Shown piece by piece: positions 48,201 through 58,207 of a stretch of DNA of 64,000 nt. The stretch lies in contig CM075993.1 in NCBI GenBank assembly GCA_038087875.1, positions 6,822,001 to 6,886,000 on the forward strand, in the 5' to 3' direction. This DNA comes from Malacoraja senta (lineage: Eukaryota). A model generated the notes under the pieces. That model did no database searches and was not told the DNA's origin. It saw nothing but the letters and a program-made list of their open reading frames with translations. Both the position numbers and the translations under genes were made by a program. Position 1 is the first letter of the stretch. Every line of letters starts with the position of its first letter.

Positions 48201-51200
48201 GAACTGCAGATGCTGGTTTACACTGAAGATAGACACAAAATGCTGGAGTAACTCAGCGGGACAGTCAGCATCTCTGGATGGAAGGAATGGGCGACGTTTC
48301 AGGTCGAGACCCTTCTTCAGACCCTTGCGGGTCAAGACCCTTCTCAGTACAAGTGATAGGTGGATACAGGTGGAGTGGATGGGGCTTGGTTGTCAGATGG
48401 GTAGAGTAAAGGGCCTGTCCCACTTAGGCGATTTGTTTAGGCGACTACAGGCGTCTAGGCTGTCACCGGGGTGTGGCCTGTATGGTCGTGAGTCGTCTCC
48501 TCAGTCGCCCAGAGAGTCGTAGCATCTTTCTAGTTGCCGCTGGATTTTCAACATGTTGAAAACTTTTCGGAGGTAGTCAGCGACAGTGGGTTTGAAGCCA
48601 ATGAGCGTAGCTTGACTTCTCCTGACGTAGGTGCTGTCGTAGTTGTCGCCAGGTTAACATAGGTTGTCGCCGGTGCTGACTTGGGTTTTTTTTTGTTAAA
48701 GTAATGATTCTATTTCAAATTTTATGTCGAAGGGGGGTCCAGTCGCCGTTTTTTCGGCGACGTGCTATGACAATGACAATCGCCGGCAGTCGCCTAAAAA
48801 CAGCCTAAGTGGGACAGGCCCTTAAGTGACAAAAGCTATAGATGTAAAAGACACAAAAGGGTGTTAGATAATGAGTGAAGAGCAGTGAAATGTAAAGCCC
48901 CTGTCCCACTTTCACGACCTAATTGGTGACATCTGCCGAGTTGGCCCTTGACTCATACTCGCAGCATGGTCGCCACGAGGTCGTAGGAGGTCTTCGTAAC
49001 TCTTCCTCGTGCTCGTGAGTGTTCTCCGCGTACTCGTGGCCTCAAGTAGGTCGTAGCTTTTATTCCAGCCTGATAAAAAATGTCCACAGGTAAAAGAAAG
49101 GTTGGCGTGGAAAAAATGGATACTTTTTACTCGGAGGTAGGTCGTAGTAGATCGTGATGGTAGTCGTAGATAGTCGTAGGTCGGTAACTGGCCCGAGAAA
49201 AAAATGCAAACATGACATCATTTGATCATGTGATCATTTTCCACTCGTAGCTAGTCGTAGTTGGTCTTAGGTGTGGAAGACTGAGGTCGAGGGGGGGTCG
49301 TAGGAGGTCGTAGACATAGTCGTAGGAGGTCTTTTACTTCGGCGAGTCAACACGACCTTGACATTTTTTTCACTCGTCTTGGGTCTTCTAAACTCGTGGA
49401 TTAGGTCGTCCAAGTGGGACAGGCCCTCTTTCCCCAAGAGGCTTGAAAGGGGAGAGAGCGGGATAGTTGGACAAATGGAGGTGCACCATTGTGGGGGTGG
49501 TGCACAGGAACGAGAGGGGTGAGGAAAGGGGGGTTGTGTACCTACAATTGGAGACTCCAATGTTCATACCGCTGGGCTGTTTGCACTGTCAGGGTCCCTC
49601 ATTCAACTAATAGCATTGGAGGAACTAGTGTGTGCATGTGATAATGAAAGCTTATAAGACCATGATGGGCATAGATAAGATGGATTGTCACAGTCTTTTT
49701 TTCCCAGCGTAGAGGTGTCACAGAGTAGAGGGCATAGATTTAATTTGAGAGGGGGTAAGATCGAAAAGGACCCGAGGGAAAGTTTTTCACAGAAGGTCGA
49801 GGGTATATGGAATGATCTGACAGAGGAAGTGTATAAAGGGCCTGTCCCACTTTCACCACCTAATTCACGACCTTTTTTACTCGTGGACATTTTTCATCAG
49901 GTTGAAAAAACGCCCCGACCTACTTGATGCCACGAGTACCTACAACTAGCATCACGGCCTTCTACGACCTACCTACGACCTCCTACGACCTCGTGACGAC
50001 CATGCTGCGAGTATGAGTCAAGGGCAAACTCGGCAGAGGTCGTGAAAGTGGGACAGGCCCTTTAGAAAGAACTGCAAGATGCCGGTAAAATTGAAGGTAG
50101 ACACAAAATGCTAGAGTAACTCAGCGGGTCAGGCAGCATCACTGGAGAGAAGGAATGGGCGATGTTTTGGGTCGAGACGTCGCCCAATCCTTCTCTCCAG
50201 AGATGCTGCCTGACCCGCTGAGTTACTCCAGCATTTTGTGACAGAGGAAGTGGTAGAGACAGGTACAATGATAACATTTAATAGACATTTAGGCAGGCAC
50301 ATGGATAGATAAGTTTATTTTAGAGGGATATGGGACCAATGCTGGCAAATGGGGCCAGCTCAGGAAGGCACTCTGGTTAGCATGGGTGAGTTGTGCCGAA
50401 GGGCCTGCTTCCTTGCCATTCCATTTTATGACTTTAAAATGAGGATTAAGATCAAGCTCTCAGTGACGTGGATATTATTTGCTTTTTAAAATCCTATCTA
50501 AGTGCTTATGCATAGCGACATTTGCACTGATCTGTACATAAAACTGAATTGCAATGTACTTGGGTACGTGAAACATAAAATTTCATTGACCATTGGTAGT
50601 CAGAACCTGCAATCTAACATCTGATATTTTGGACCGTACTGTAAAATACTTTCATTCTTCCCATGAATATTCCGTACTATATCCGGACAAGCCTTTCACA
50701 TTCCTGAAATTCCTGCCTCCAGATTATGGAGGAGCACCACAGGATTGTTTTCTTAGCATTGGCAACTTGGCAGACATTTCCTAATTGGGGTTTTTGTTAG
50801 CACTGTTAGAAATCAAGTGCTAACAGTCAATAGGGCTTTTTATTGTCACATATGTTCATTGTTGAGTTTCTCCAGCAATTTTGTCTACCCACAGTTTAAG
50901 AATAAGGGGTAGGCCATTTAGAACGGAGATGAGGAAACACTTTTTCACCCAGAGAGTTGTGAATCTGTGGAATTCTCTGGCTCAGAAGGCAGTGGAGGCC
51001 AAAATCTCTGGATACTTTCAAGAGAGAGTTAGATAGACTCCTTAAAGATAGCAGAGTCAAGGGATATGGGGAGATGGCAGGAACTGGGCACTGATTGTGG
51101 ATGATCAGCCATGATCACAGTGAATGGCGGTGCTGGCTCGAAGGCCTGAATGGCCTACTCCTGCACCTATTGTCTATTGTCTATTGTTAACCCAGTGAAA

Positions 51201-54200
51201 TTCTTGTCCTTAAGAGTCTGTCCCACTTGGCGATTTTTTTTGGCGACAGCCGGCGTCATATCAGTGTCACCAAAAGATTTTGAACATTTCAAAATCCAGC
51301 GGCGACAAAAAAAATGTTTTGCGACACTTGAAAAAACACCGCGCGTCATACGTCATTACGCCGTGAATTTATCGGAGACCTGATACGCCAGTCAATGGTC
51401 ATGGCGGTCGGCGAAAAAATCGGCAAGTGGGACAGGCCCTTAACAAACAGTCCGGTAGCGTATCACCGTACCCACGATCAGCACGTGTCCAGGAATAGTC
51501 CAATGAGCAGCATGCGGGAGGCGCCATCTTTTGGCGGCCATGTTCAAAGTCCACGCTATGGTTTAGTTTAGAGATACGGCACTGAAAATGAATCACACAA
51601 TGAATCACACAATCTTAACAAGGAAACAAGAAGGTTAAACCAGAAAACCGTGATGGGTTACTCATTAGTGGGAGGGGAAAGACGGGAAGCTGTTAGGAAT
51701 GCAAAACAGTGCATTATGTGAAATCATTAATGGAATTACACAAACTTATCATGGATTTATCAAAGGGATTTATGAAAGGTGTGGTGTTTACCCCAGCAGA
51801 GTCTTTGATTAGTTTTCGTTTTAGAGATATAGCACGGAAACAGGCCCTTCGGCCCACCGGGTCCGCGCAGACCCAACGATCCCGGCACATCAACACCATC
51901 CTACTCACACTAGGGACAATTTGCACTTATACCAAGCCAATTAACCTACAACCTGTACGTCTTTGGAGTGTGGGAGGAAACCGAAGATCTTGGAGAAAAC
52001 AGGTCACGGGGAGAACGTACAAACTCCGTACAGGCAGCACCCATAGTCGGGATCGAACCCGGGTCTCCGGCGCTGTAAGCGCTGTAAGGCAGCAAGTCTA
52101 CTGCTGCGCCACCGTGCCGCCAAGTTCTTACATGCGGTGCCTGTACTAGGCAAGTCCCAGGCTGTTGCGGGCCTCCAGACATCGCCTACATTGGGCTCAA
52201 CATCCCTCTCCTCGCCCTCCTTTGTTACCCGGGAGGGGGGGGGGGGAGGACCACCAGTAATCCTGACTCCTTGGGTGGTGGTTTTGTAGTTAACCAATCA
52301 CCACCCAGAATATCAGCAACAAAGAATTCCCCAGCCTTCCTCTACAACGACCCTACGCCCAGAACAACTGCAGGCCCTTGTGACTGCCCCTGGAATTAGT
52401 GCTACACTTTGACTTTCTCTCGCTTTAGCCTTGTACAAATATTAACATGTTTGGGAGTAGGGTTGCCAACTTTCTCACTCCCAAATAAGGGACAAAAGGG
52501 ACAAAAGGTCAAAATAAGGGACAAATTCCCAACGGCAATTCGTTGACCGACTCGGCCGTGGCTGGGTGGGTGAATGATGAGTTGGCCCGAGTGCTGGACT
52601 GCACACAAAGCCCAGCCGGCGGGCCAGCTGAGGAGTTTTGGCCCGGGCTGGGCAATGTCCGGCACCCCGTCCAACTCATGAACCGATGATCAGCCGTGAG
52701 AGGAGGGGTGGTGGTGTCGGCGGTAAGCGAAGGTCCGAAGGTCGGACAGCTGGCCGGGCTGCCGACCGACCAACGGGGCCACGGGCGAGGCGCTGCTGCT
52801 GCTGCTGCGCTCCATGGGCTGCACTACGTCGGGACGGGTGAGGCGGGGGCCGGACACGGCGCTCCGACCCGACAGTCCCCTCGACCCGAGTAGTAGCAGT
52901 CAAATACGGGACAAGGGCGTTCCCGTATGGGACAAACCAATTTACCTCAATATACGGGATGTCCTGGCTAATACGGGACAGTTGGCAACACTATGTGGGA
53001 GACTCCAACAATTTCATAAATCCCTGCATTTATTTTCCAGGTATAACCAGGATTACCTTCCCTCTGATCTGCAGCCACTTGCACCCACTGGGAACATTGT
53101 TTATGGATATGCAACGTAAGTAGCATCCCGGGGTTCGCTTCAGGAAGTAAATGCCACCCCCTCCTCCCCTCTTCCCATCTCTTCCTTTCTCTTTTTGTCA
53201 CTCTCTTTCATTTGCTCTATTTAAAAACATAGAAAATAGGTGCAGTAGGCCATTCGGCCTTTCGAGCCAGCACCGCCATTCAATATTATCATGCCTGATC
53301 ATCCAAAATCAGTACCCTGTTCCTGCTTTCTCCCCATATCCCTTGATTCTGTTAGCCCAAAGAGCAAAATCCAACTCTCTCTTGAAAGCATCCAGTGAAT
53401 TGTCCTCCACTGCCTTCTGTGGCAGAGAATTCCACAGATTCACAACTCTCTGGGTGAAAATGTTTTACCTCATCTCAGTCCTAAATGGCCTACCCCTTGT
53501 TCTTAAACTGTGACCCCTGGTTTTGGACTCCCCCCAACATGGGGAACATTTCTCCTGCATCTAACCTGTCCAATCCCTTAAGAATATTATACTTTTCTCA
53601 CATCATCACTTAACATTGGTGATATCAAATGTTCAGATCAACACTGCACAGGACACTGAGACTGTATGCAGTTTGACAGTGTCCAGAAATGGACAGTCTG
53701 AAGAAGGAAATCGAACCAAAATGTCATCCGTCCATGTTCTCTAGAGATTCTGCCTGGCCCGCTGAGTTACTCCAGTACTTTGTGTAAACCAGCATCTGCA
53801 GTTCCTCTTTTCTATCTCATGACTGGGTCTCCCTCGTCGTAGAACGTGGATTGGAATTGAAAAGGACCATGAAAAGGAACCTTTTGTCTCGAATCAAATC
53901 CATATTAAACGCTGGACTGTTCATTTTCAGTGTTCTCCCTCCTCATCCCCCTCCCATTCTTGTGGCATGCCCATTTCTCCCACTTTCCCGCCCCTTTCCC
54001 CCTCCCTCCGGCTTCACGTTTCACCACTCCTCTCTCCTTTATCTGACACCCTTTTTCTCATTTTCATCTCTAGCCTTTGTCCACCCATCTGCCAATTGAA
54101 ACCTCTCTCACCTGCATCCACCCATCACTCTTGTCAGAAAGAACTGCAGATGCTGGTTTAAATCATAGACACAAAATGCTGGAGTAACTCAGGCAGCGAG

Positions 54201-57200
54201 ACTCTGGAGAGAAGGAATGGGTGACGTTTCGGCTCGAGACCTTTCTTCAGACTGATGTCAGGGGAGTGCATCCACCCATCATTTGCCAGGCTTTGTCCTA
54301 CCCCTACCTTTTTCCAGCTAGCTCCCCTCCCCCCCCCCCCCTCCTACAATCAGTCTGAAGAAGTATTCCGACACGATATGTCGCCTGTCCATTCCTCCAG
54401 CACTTTGCGATCTACTCAAGATTCCAGCATATGCTGTTCCTTGGAGTCTCCATTTCTCCGTCCCACCAATTAGCCTCTGAACGTGGCTTCAGAGACTCTC
54501 TGTCATCACAGAACGTGAATTGGAGTTGAGGAAGACCACTGTACCTCCCGGGCCTGGAATCACCATGTTCCTCGGACTCTGGCGACTTGATCAAATGTAT
54601 TCCCTTCACCTCTCACCTTTGAAACACAATGGCCTCGAACTGCCAACATTTCAACTCCTGATCTTCTCTCCATGAACCCACTTGCCTCTCCTTCCTCCTT
54701 TGTAAAACCTGCCCAGGATGACCAGGTGTGTCCTGACGTAGCAAACAAACCCAGTTGTGGTTAATACACAAAAGTACATAAAGTGCTGGAATAACTCAAC
54801 TGGTCATGCAGCATCTGTGGAGAACATGGAATGGTGACGTTTCAGGTCGAGACCTTTCTTCAGACTTTGCCTTAATTCTTTAAGTTTGTCCTGATGCTCC
54901 ACTCAAAAATTCAGTGTTATCCATATATCGATCTCAGCTGTTAACATTTTCTTTGGCCTCTCAGGTTCAGTAGTATTGGGGGGGGAGAAGAGTGCGGCAA
55001 GGAAGGAACTATGTAACATAGAAAATATTTGCAGGAGGAGGCCATTTGGCCCTTCGAGCTTCTGTAATTCTACTTTTCCCTATAAGAGCTAGCAGAAGAA
55101 AACTCCAAAGTTGTAGAAACAAAGAACTGCAGATGCTGGTTATGAAGAGACTCCAGGCTGGCATTAGAATTCCCTGTACAATTCAGCAATTGCCTTTCAG
55201 ACAGTTTGTAGGTGGAACAGATGGACTTCAAGTGACCTTACTGCCATGCCTAAGAGTTGCAACAAAGGATTAAAATTAACGAGTCTATAAAATGTCAGGG
55301 ACATTCCTAACAAGTTGTATATTTGACTTCCACTGCTCCCCAGAGTTTATTGATTACCAGGAACCTGCCTCAGGCACAAACACACCCCTGCTGAGTCCAT
55401 GGCCATCACAACTCGACTTCATTTAAGGTTGAGCCAGCCATGATCAACAAAAGCATCTTATCACTGCTGGTGAAGACTGATGTACTCCCACCTTCTGCCG
55501 ATAACTAAGAAAGATCTGTTTTGTTTCTGTAACGCCTATTATGACCTCGCGAGTACTTGTTGATGAGGGATAACGGTTTTAACCAGGCAAACATGTCGGT
55601 CAAGTTACAGGTTGCAAAGTTCCACACACACACACACTCAAATGTGATGCTATCTGGTTAATCTAATAGAGCGAAACTTTTTTGTGGTCATAGAAAGCAT
55701 TCCTGTTCTTCTATGAATCAGTGCAATGGGATCTTTACCATCCAATTTAGGATTAAAATGGGGCTTGATTAAAGGGCACTTACGCGACACTTACACGGGC
55801 GACTGCCGCCACCCGTGATAGGTCGCCAAAATTTTCAACATGTTAAAAATTCAGCGGCGACCAGAAAGACACTACGACTCTTTGGAGACCTCCCACGACC
55901 ACGGTCGCCAGGGGTCGCCTGTATGGTTGTGAGAGGTCTCCTATGGTTGTGAGAGGTGTTGAAGATTTCAACATGTTGAAAATTTCGCCGATCTATGGCG
56001 TATTCCGGCAGTCACCCGTAACGGTCGTGTAAGTGCGACAGGCCCTTTAACATCCCACCTGATGTTACTACAGGGCAGCATTGAGCTGACACTCCAAGCC
56101 CACCCAAGTCACAAGCAGAGAGTGCAGTCATTCAATGACAATATACACCAGGTACCAAAGGACAGCTAGCATCTGTAGAATAGGAATAGACAACTGCGGA
56201 TTAGCCACAGCTGCGGTTACCGTAACATTACCAGATTTTGTAGAAAATCCCTTCTGCCTGCTGATGTGGTACAGATTATTTTCTTTCCCTCGAGCTTAGA
56301 CCAAGATTAAAAACCATCTGCACACATCAATAACAAAAGGAGTTTCCCAACAAAAACATACACTCAAAGGTAAAAAGAACTGCAGATAGACACGAAATGC
56401 TGGAGTAACTCAGCGGGACAGGCAGCATCTCTGGAGAGAAGGATTGGGTGACGTTTCGGGTCGAGACCCTTCTTCAGACTGATGTCAGGGGAGAGGGAGA
56501 TACATTGATAAGGAAGTGTGAGTTGTGAAACCAGGACAAAGGGGGTGGAGATTAAGGAAAATGTAGAATAGATCAATGATATCTGGGAGAAGGTAACAAC
56601 AAAGCAAAGGTATCAAAGGTCCTTTATTGTCACGTGTACCAATTAATAATAATAATAATAATAATGGATGGGATTTATATAGCGTACAGTGATATTCGAT
56701 TAAGGTACAGTGATATTCGATTTATGAGATGAAATGTAGTCAGAGACAGTCAGACTGGTCAGAGAACTGGGAAGGGGGAGCGGATGGAGAGAGAGGGAAA
56801 GCAAGTGCTACTTGAAGTGAGGGAAGTCAGTGTTCATACCGCTGGGGTGTAAGCTGCCCAAGCGAAATATGAGGTGCTGTTCCTCCAATTTGCGCTGGGT
56901 GGGCCTCACTCTGACAATGGAGGAGGCCCAGGACTGAAAGGTCAGTGTGGGAATGGGAGGGGGAGTTAAAGTGTTGAACAACCAGAGAAGTGCAGATGCT
57001 GCAACCTTAAATAAAAGCTTAAAATGTTGGAAATACTGAGCAGCCCGGGCAGCATCTGTGGAGAGAGAGTTTGTGTTTCAGGTTCCCGCTGAAGGTGTTT
57101 CGGACCTGAAATGTTGGCTCGGTTTCTCTGTCCGCAGATGCTGCCCGACCCGCTGAGTGGTTCCAGCATTTTTAGATATTTGAATAAAATGCACACGTTC

Positions 57201-58182
57201 ACTCTGCTTTCCGATTTATCGACATGCGTAACCAAAGAATAACACTGTGTGCATCGCTCTAAACAGCAAGGCTAGCTGCCCACCAATGACGTCTGTCTGG
57301 CATTTAGTAGAGGAGGGAAAAGTTAAAATGAAGCAGGTGCCTGTGGGGAAGACAATAGACAATAGGTGCAGGAGTAGGCCATTTGGCCCTTCGAGCCAGC
57401 ACCGCCATTCAATGTGATCATGGCTGATCATCCCCAATCAGTACCCCGTTCCTGCCTTCTCCCCATATCCCCTGACTCCGCTATTTTTAAGAGCCCTATC
57501 TAGCTCTCTCTTGAAAGCATCCAGAGAGCCTGCCTCCACTGCCCTCTGAGGCAGAGAATTCCACAGACTCACCACTCTCTGTGTGAAAAAGTGTTTCCTC
57601 GTCTCCATTCTAAATGGCTTACTCCTTATTCTTAAACTGTGGCCCCTGGTTCTGGACTCCCCCAACATCGGGAACATGGGAAGAAGGGTTTCGGCCCGAA
57701 ACGTTACCTATTTCCTTCGCTCCATAGATGCTGCTGCACCCGCTGAGTTTCTCCAGCATTTTTGTGTACCATCGGGAACATGTTTCCTGCCTCTAACGTG
57801 TCCAAGCCCTTAACAATCTTATATGTTTCAATAAGATGCCCTCTCATCCTTCTAAACTCCAGAGTGTACAAGCCCAGCTGCTCCATTCTCTCAGCATATG
57901 ACAGTCCCGCCATCCCGGGAATTAACCTTGTAAACCTACGCTGCACTCCCTCAATAGCAAGAATGTCCTTCCTCAAATTAGTGGACCAAAACTGCACACA
58001 ATACTCCAGGTGTGGTCTCACTAGGGCCCCTTTTAATCTTCGCTCTAATTGCAGATGTGAAGATGCGGAAGCTTATGAAGTACAAGATGGTGAACGCAGC
58101 TCGGGCATCTTCATGAAGTATCTTAAGAGGCATATTCTCAAGAAGGAAAAAGTCACCCAGATTTTGGAGAATGTCTCCGAGG
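18140..58182 (+). CDS. MALT1-like: MALT1-family paracaspase (partial, 9 exons traced: end of Ig1, Ig2, linker, caspase-like domain); frame-disrupted as assembled
   Basis: Exons have AG/GT boundaries and translate to MALT1 signature motifs: YVCRVN, QWYKNG, DKVALLIGNMNY, FYYAGHGYE, LLDMCRK, NIVYGYAT, GIFMKYLK. Caspase-domain exon sizes (204, 178, 75, 128 nt) and phases match human MALT1 as I recall them. Confidence 0.93.
20636..21075 (+). mobile_element. Penelope-like element fragment: GIY-YIG endonuclease C-terminus plus 3' repeat
   Basis: LYIGETKCRLCDRFAQHLRSV...VAQHFNSPSHS...RKLEEQYLIFRLGSLHPSGMN, followed by the hammerhead-like repeat at about 20988. Confidence 0.85.
21499..21722. mobile_element. 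PIF/Harbinger-like MITE (short form)
   Basis: Same TIRs; TSD TAA. Confidence 0.85.
21926..22630 (-). mobile_element. Rex1/Babar-type LINE 3' fragment (degenerate)
   Basis: RRLRYFNICSKMLQMFYQSVVASAVFFAAVC...SFFPVAIKLYN is typical of the Rex/Babar ORF2 C-terminus; (TATTG)n tail. Related tails at about 930-1230, 16905-17245, 19120-19510, 43231-43575 and 58780-59220. Confidence 0.78.
23095..23272 (+). CDS. MALT1-like: Paracaspase exon B, N-terminal half of Ig2, containing a 2-nt frameshift at about 23217-23218
   Basis: Acceptor gcag|GG, donor ACA|gtaagt. LKCVVFGIPAPLY is followed by an extra AC, then QWYKNGMQLPHQTKRELT, matching MALT1 LQCVAVGSPIPHYQWFKN. Confidence 0.88.
23410..24275 (+). mobile_element. 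CR1-clade LINE 3' fragment interrupted by a MITE
   Basis: ORF 23929-24201 contains RNFFSQRVVNLWNSLP. Confidence 0.8.
23484..23812. mobile_element. PIF/Harbinger-like MITE, different internal sequence
   Basis: AGCCCTGTCCCACTGTACGAGTTCAT...ATGAACTCGTACAGTGGGACAGGGCT. A related copy in the opposite orientation runs from about 63737 to the window end. Confidence 0.8.
25194..25657 (-). mobile_element. CR1-clade LINE 3' fragment with an internal duplication
   Basis: (GACAATA)n tail; FRTE..K..F..RVV.LW occurs twice. Confidence 0.85.
26794..26892 (+). CDS. MALT1-like: Paracaspase exon C, C-terminal half of Ig2 (IAATEMRHHGSYLCAVTNNRGQECWSSAADITV)
   Basis: Polypyrimidine tract plus tag| acceptor, donor GTG|gtaaat. 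Ig motif GSYLC..N..G...S..A.I.V. Ends in phase 0, whereas phase 1 is needed downstream. Confidence 0.85.
29598..29645 (+). CDS. MALT1-like: Putative linker exon D (ENIGVTVSLPSLRVK), 48 nt, phase 1 to 1
   Basis: Acceptor ttcctcacgcag|, strong donor AAG G|gtaagt. Open in phase 1 (TAA in phase 0), located in non-repetitive sequence. No homology support. Confidence 0.62.
30451..31042. mobile_element. PIF/Harbinger-like MITE (long form)
   Basis: AGGGCCTGTCCCACTGCGG...CCGCAGTGGGACAGCCCCT; interior similar to the 17376 copy. Confidence 0.85.
32704..32730 (+). CDS. MALT1-like: Putative linker micro-exon E (THQDVRLS), 27 nt, phase 1 to 1
   Basis: Long polypyrimidine tract plus cag|, donor G|gtatgt. 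Joins in frame to ATDKVALLIG. Confidence 0.7.
33061..33455 (+). mobile_element. CR1-clade LINE 3' fragment
   Basis: ORF 33065-33376 plus (TATTGTC)n tail. Confidence 0.88.
35256..35459 (+). CDS. MALT1-like: Paracaspase exon F, start of the caspase-like domain (ATDKVALLIGNMNY...LLDNGVY)
   Basis: Acceptor ttcag|, donor G|gtgagt, 204 nt. Strong similarity to MALT1 KDKVALLIGNMNY...VVSLLDLT...GVY. Confidence 0.96.
35572..36160 (-). mobile_element. CR1-clade LINE 3' fragment
   Basis: ORF 35840-36160 begins [20 protein letters not shown]. Confidence 0.9.
36503..37310 (+). mobile_element. Young-looking CR1-clade LINE 3' fragment (uninterrupted 204-aa ORF2 C-terminus)
   Basis: ORF 36597-37211 (KKANGMLAFI...[15 protein letters not shown]...GYGEKAGTGY) and a (TATGTATC)n tail. 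Confidence 0.93.
38841..39040. other. Assembly gap (200 N)
   Basis: Run of N in the intron between exons F and G. Confidence 1.
40381..40930 (+). mobile_element. CR1-clade LINE 3' fragment
   Basis: ORF 40364-40789. The 3' UTR is interrupted by an (AAT)n-headed short insert at about 40846-40904. Confidence 0.88.
41266..41582 (+). mobile_element. Full-length tRNA-derived SINE
   Basis: A box TGGCGCAGCGG, B box GGTTCGATCCC, core, and (CTAAA)n tail. Confidence 0.88.
46937..47371 (+). mobile_element. 5'-truncated L1-clade LINE with A-rich tail and 15-bp TSD
   Basis: Encodes KMWTSNMSELLHLEDMRF...FQKIWSPFIDILQI*, has a T-rich 3' UTR and poly(A). TSD AAAATTGGTATACCA at 46922-46936 and 47372-47386. 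Confidence 0.85.
47575..47752 (+). CDS. MALT1-like: Paracaspase exon G, catalytic exon (ALFYYAGHGYESSGRNYMVPVNAPNPYRPESCINVQKILCRMQEKNTALNVILLDMCRKW)
   Basis: Acceptor ccag|, donor TG|gtacgg, 178 nt. His codon at 47595-47597 and Cys codon at 47742-47744. This frame is absent from the supplied ORF track. Confidence 0.96.
48410..48822. mobile_element. PIF/Harbinger-like MITE
   Basis: AGGGCCTGTCCCACTTAGGC...GCCTAAGTGGGACAGGCCCT; TSD TAA. Confidence 0.85.
48896..49427. mobile_element. PIF/Harbinger-like MITE (long form)
   Basis: CTGTCCCACTT...AAGTGGGACAGGCCCT with internal GTCGTAG repeats. Confidence 0.8.
49837..50061. mobile_element. PIF/Harbinger-like MITE (short form, opposite orientation to the 15302 copy)
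   Basis: AGGGCCTGTCCCACTTTCAC...GTGAAAGTGGGACAGGCCCT. Confidence 0.85.
51213..51440. mobile_element. PIF/Harbinger-like MITE
   Basis: CTGTCCCACTTG...CAAGTGGGACAGGCCCT, flanked by TTA and TAA. Confidence 0.75.
51810..52120 (-). mobile_element. tRNA-derived SINE
   Basis: Same consensus as the other copies, reverse orientation. Confidence 0.85.
52458..52993. mobile_element. hAT-like MITE, same family, opposite orientation, 47 bp upstream of exon H
   Basis: TAGGGTTGCCAAC...GTTGGCAACACTA; TSD TTTGGGAG/TGTGGGAG. Confidence 0.82.
53041..53115 (+). CDS. MALT1-like: Paracaspase exon H (YNQDYLPSDLQPLAPTGNIVYGYAT), 75 nt, phase 2 to 2
   Basis: Acceptor ttttccag|, donor AC|gtaagt. Matches MALT1 TANIVFGYAT. 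Confidence 0.94.
55773..56046. mobile_element. PIF/Harbinger-like MITE with a damaged left TIR
   Basis: Right end AAGTGCGACAGGCCCT; internal TTTTCAACATGTTGAAA motif shared with the 23484 and 48410 copies. Confidence 0.65.
56371..56985 (-). mobile_element. Penelope-like element 3' fragment (interrupted)
   Basis: Reverse complement of the GIY-YIG C-terminus at about 56811-56975, plus a consensus hammerhead-like core at 56450-56477. Confidence 0.8.
56450..56477 (-). ncRNA. Minimal hammerhead ribozyme-like core (minus strand)
   Basis: Exact reverse complement of CTGAAGAAGGGTCTCGACCCGAAACGTC. Confidence 0.65.
57351..58030 (-). mobile_element. CR1-clade LINE 3' fragment abutting the acceptor region of exon I, with a nested Penelope-like insert
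   Basis: ORFs 57704-58021 and 57438-57677; (GACAATA)n tail. Confidence 0.9.
58055..58182 (+). CDS. MALT1-like: Paracaspase exon I (CEDAEAYEVQDGERSSGIFMKYLKRHILKKEKVTQILENVSE), 128 nt
   Basis: Acceptor gcag|, donor G|gtaagt. Matches MALT1 CQGAEAFEIQ...GIFMKFLK. Confidence 0.94.
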
Positions 58183-58207
58183 GTAAGTCAAGTCCTCAAG
58201 TTTGAGC

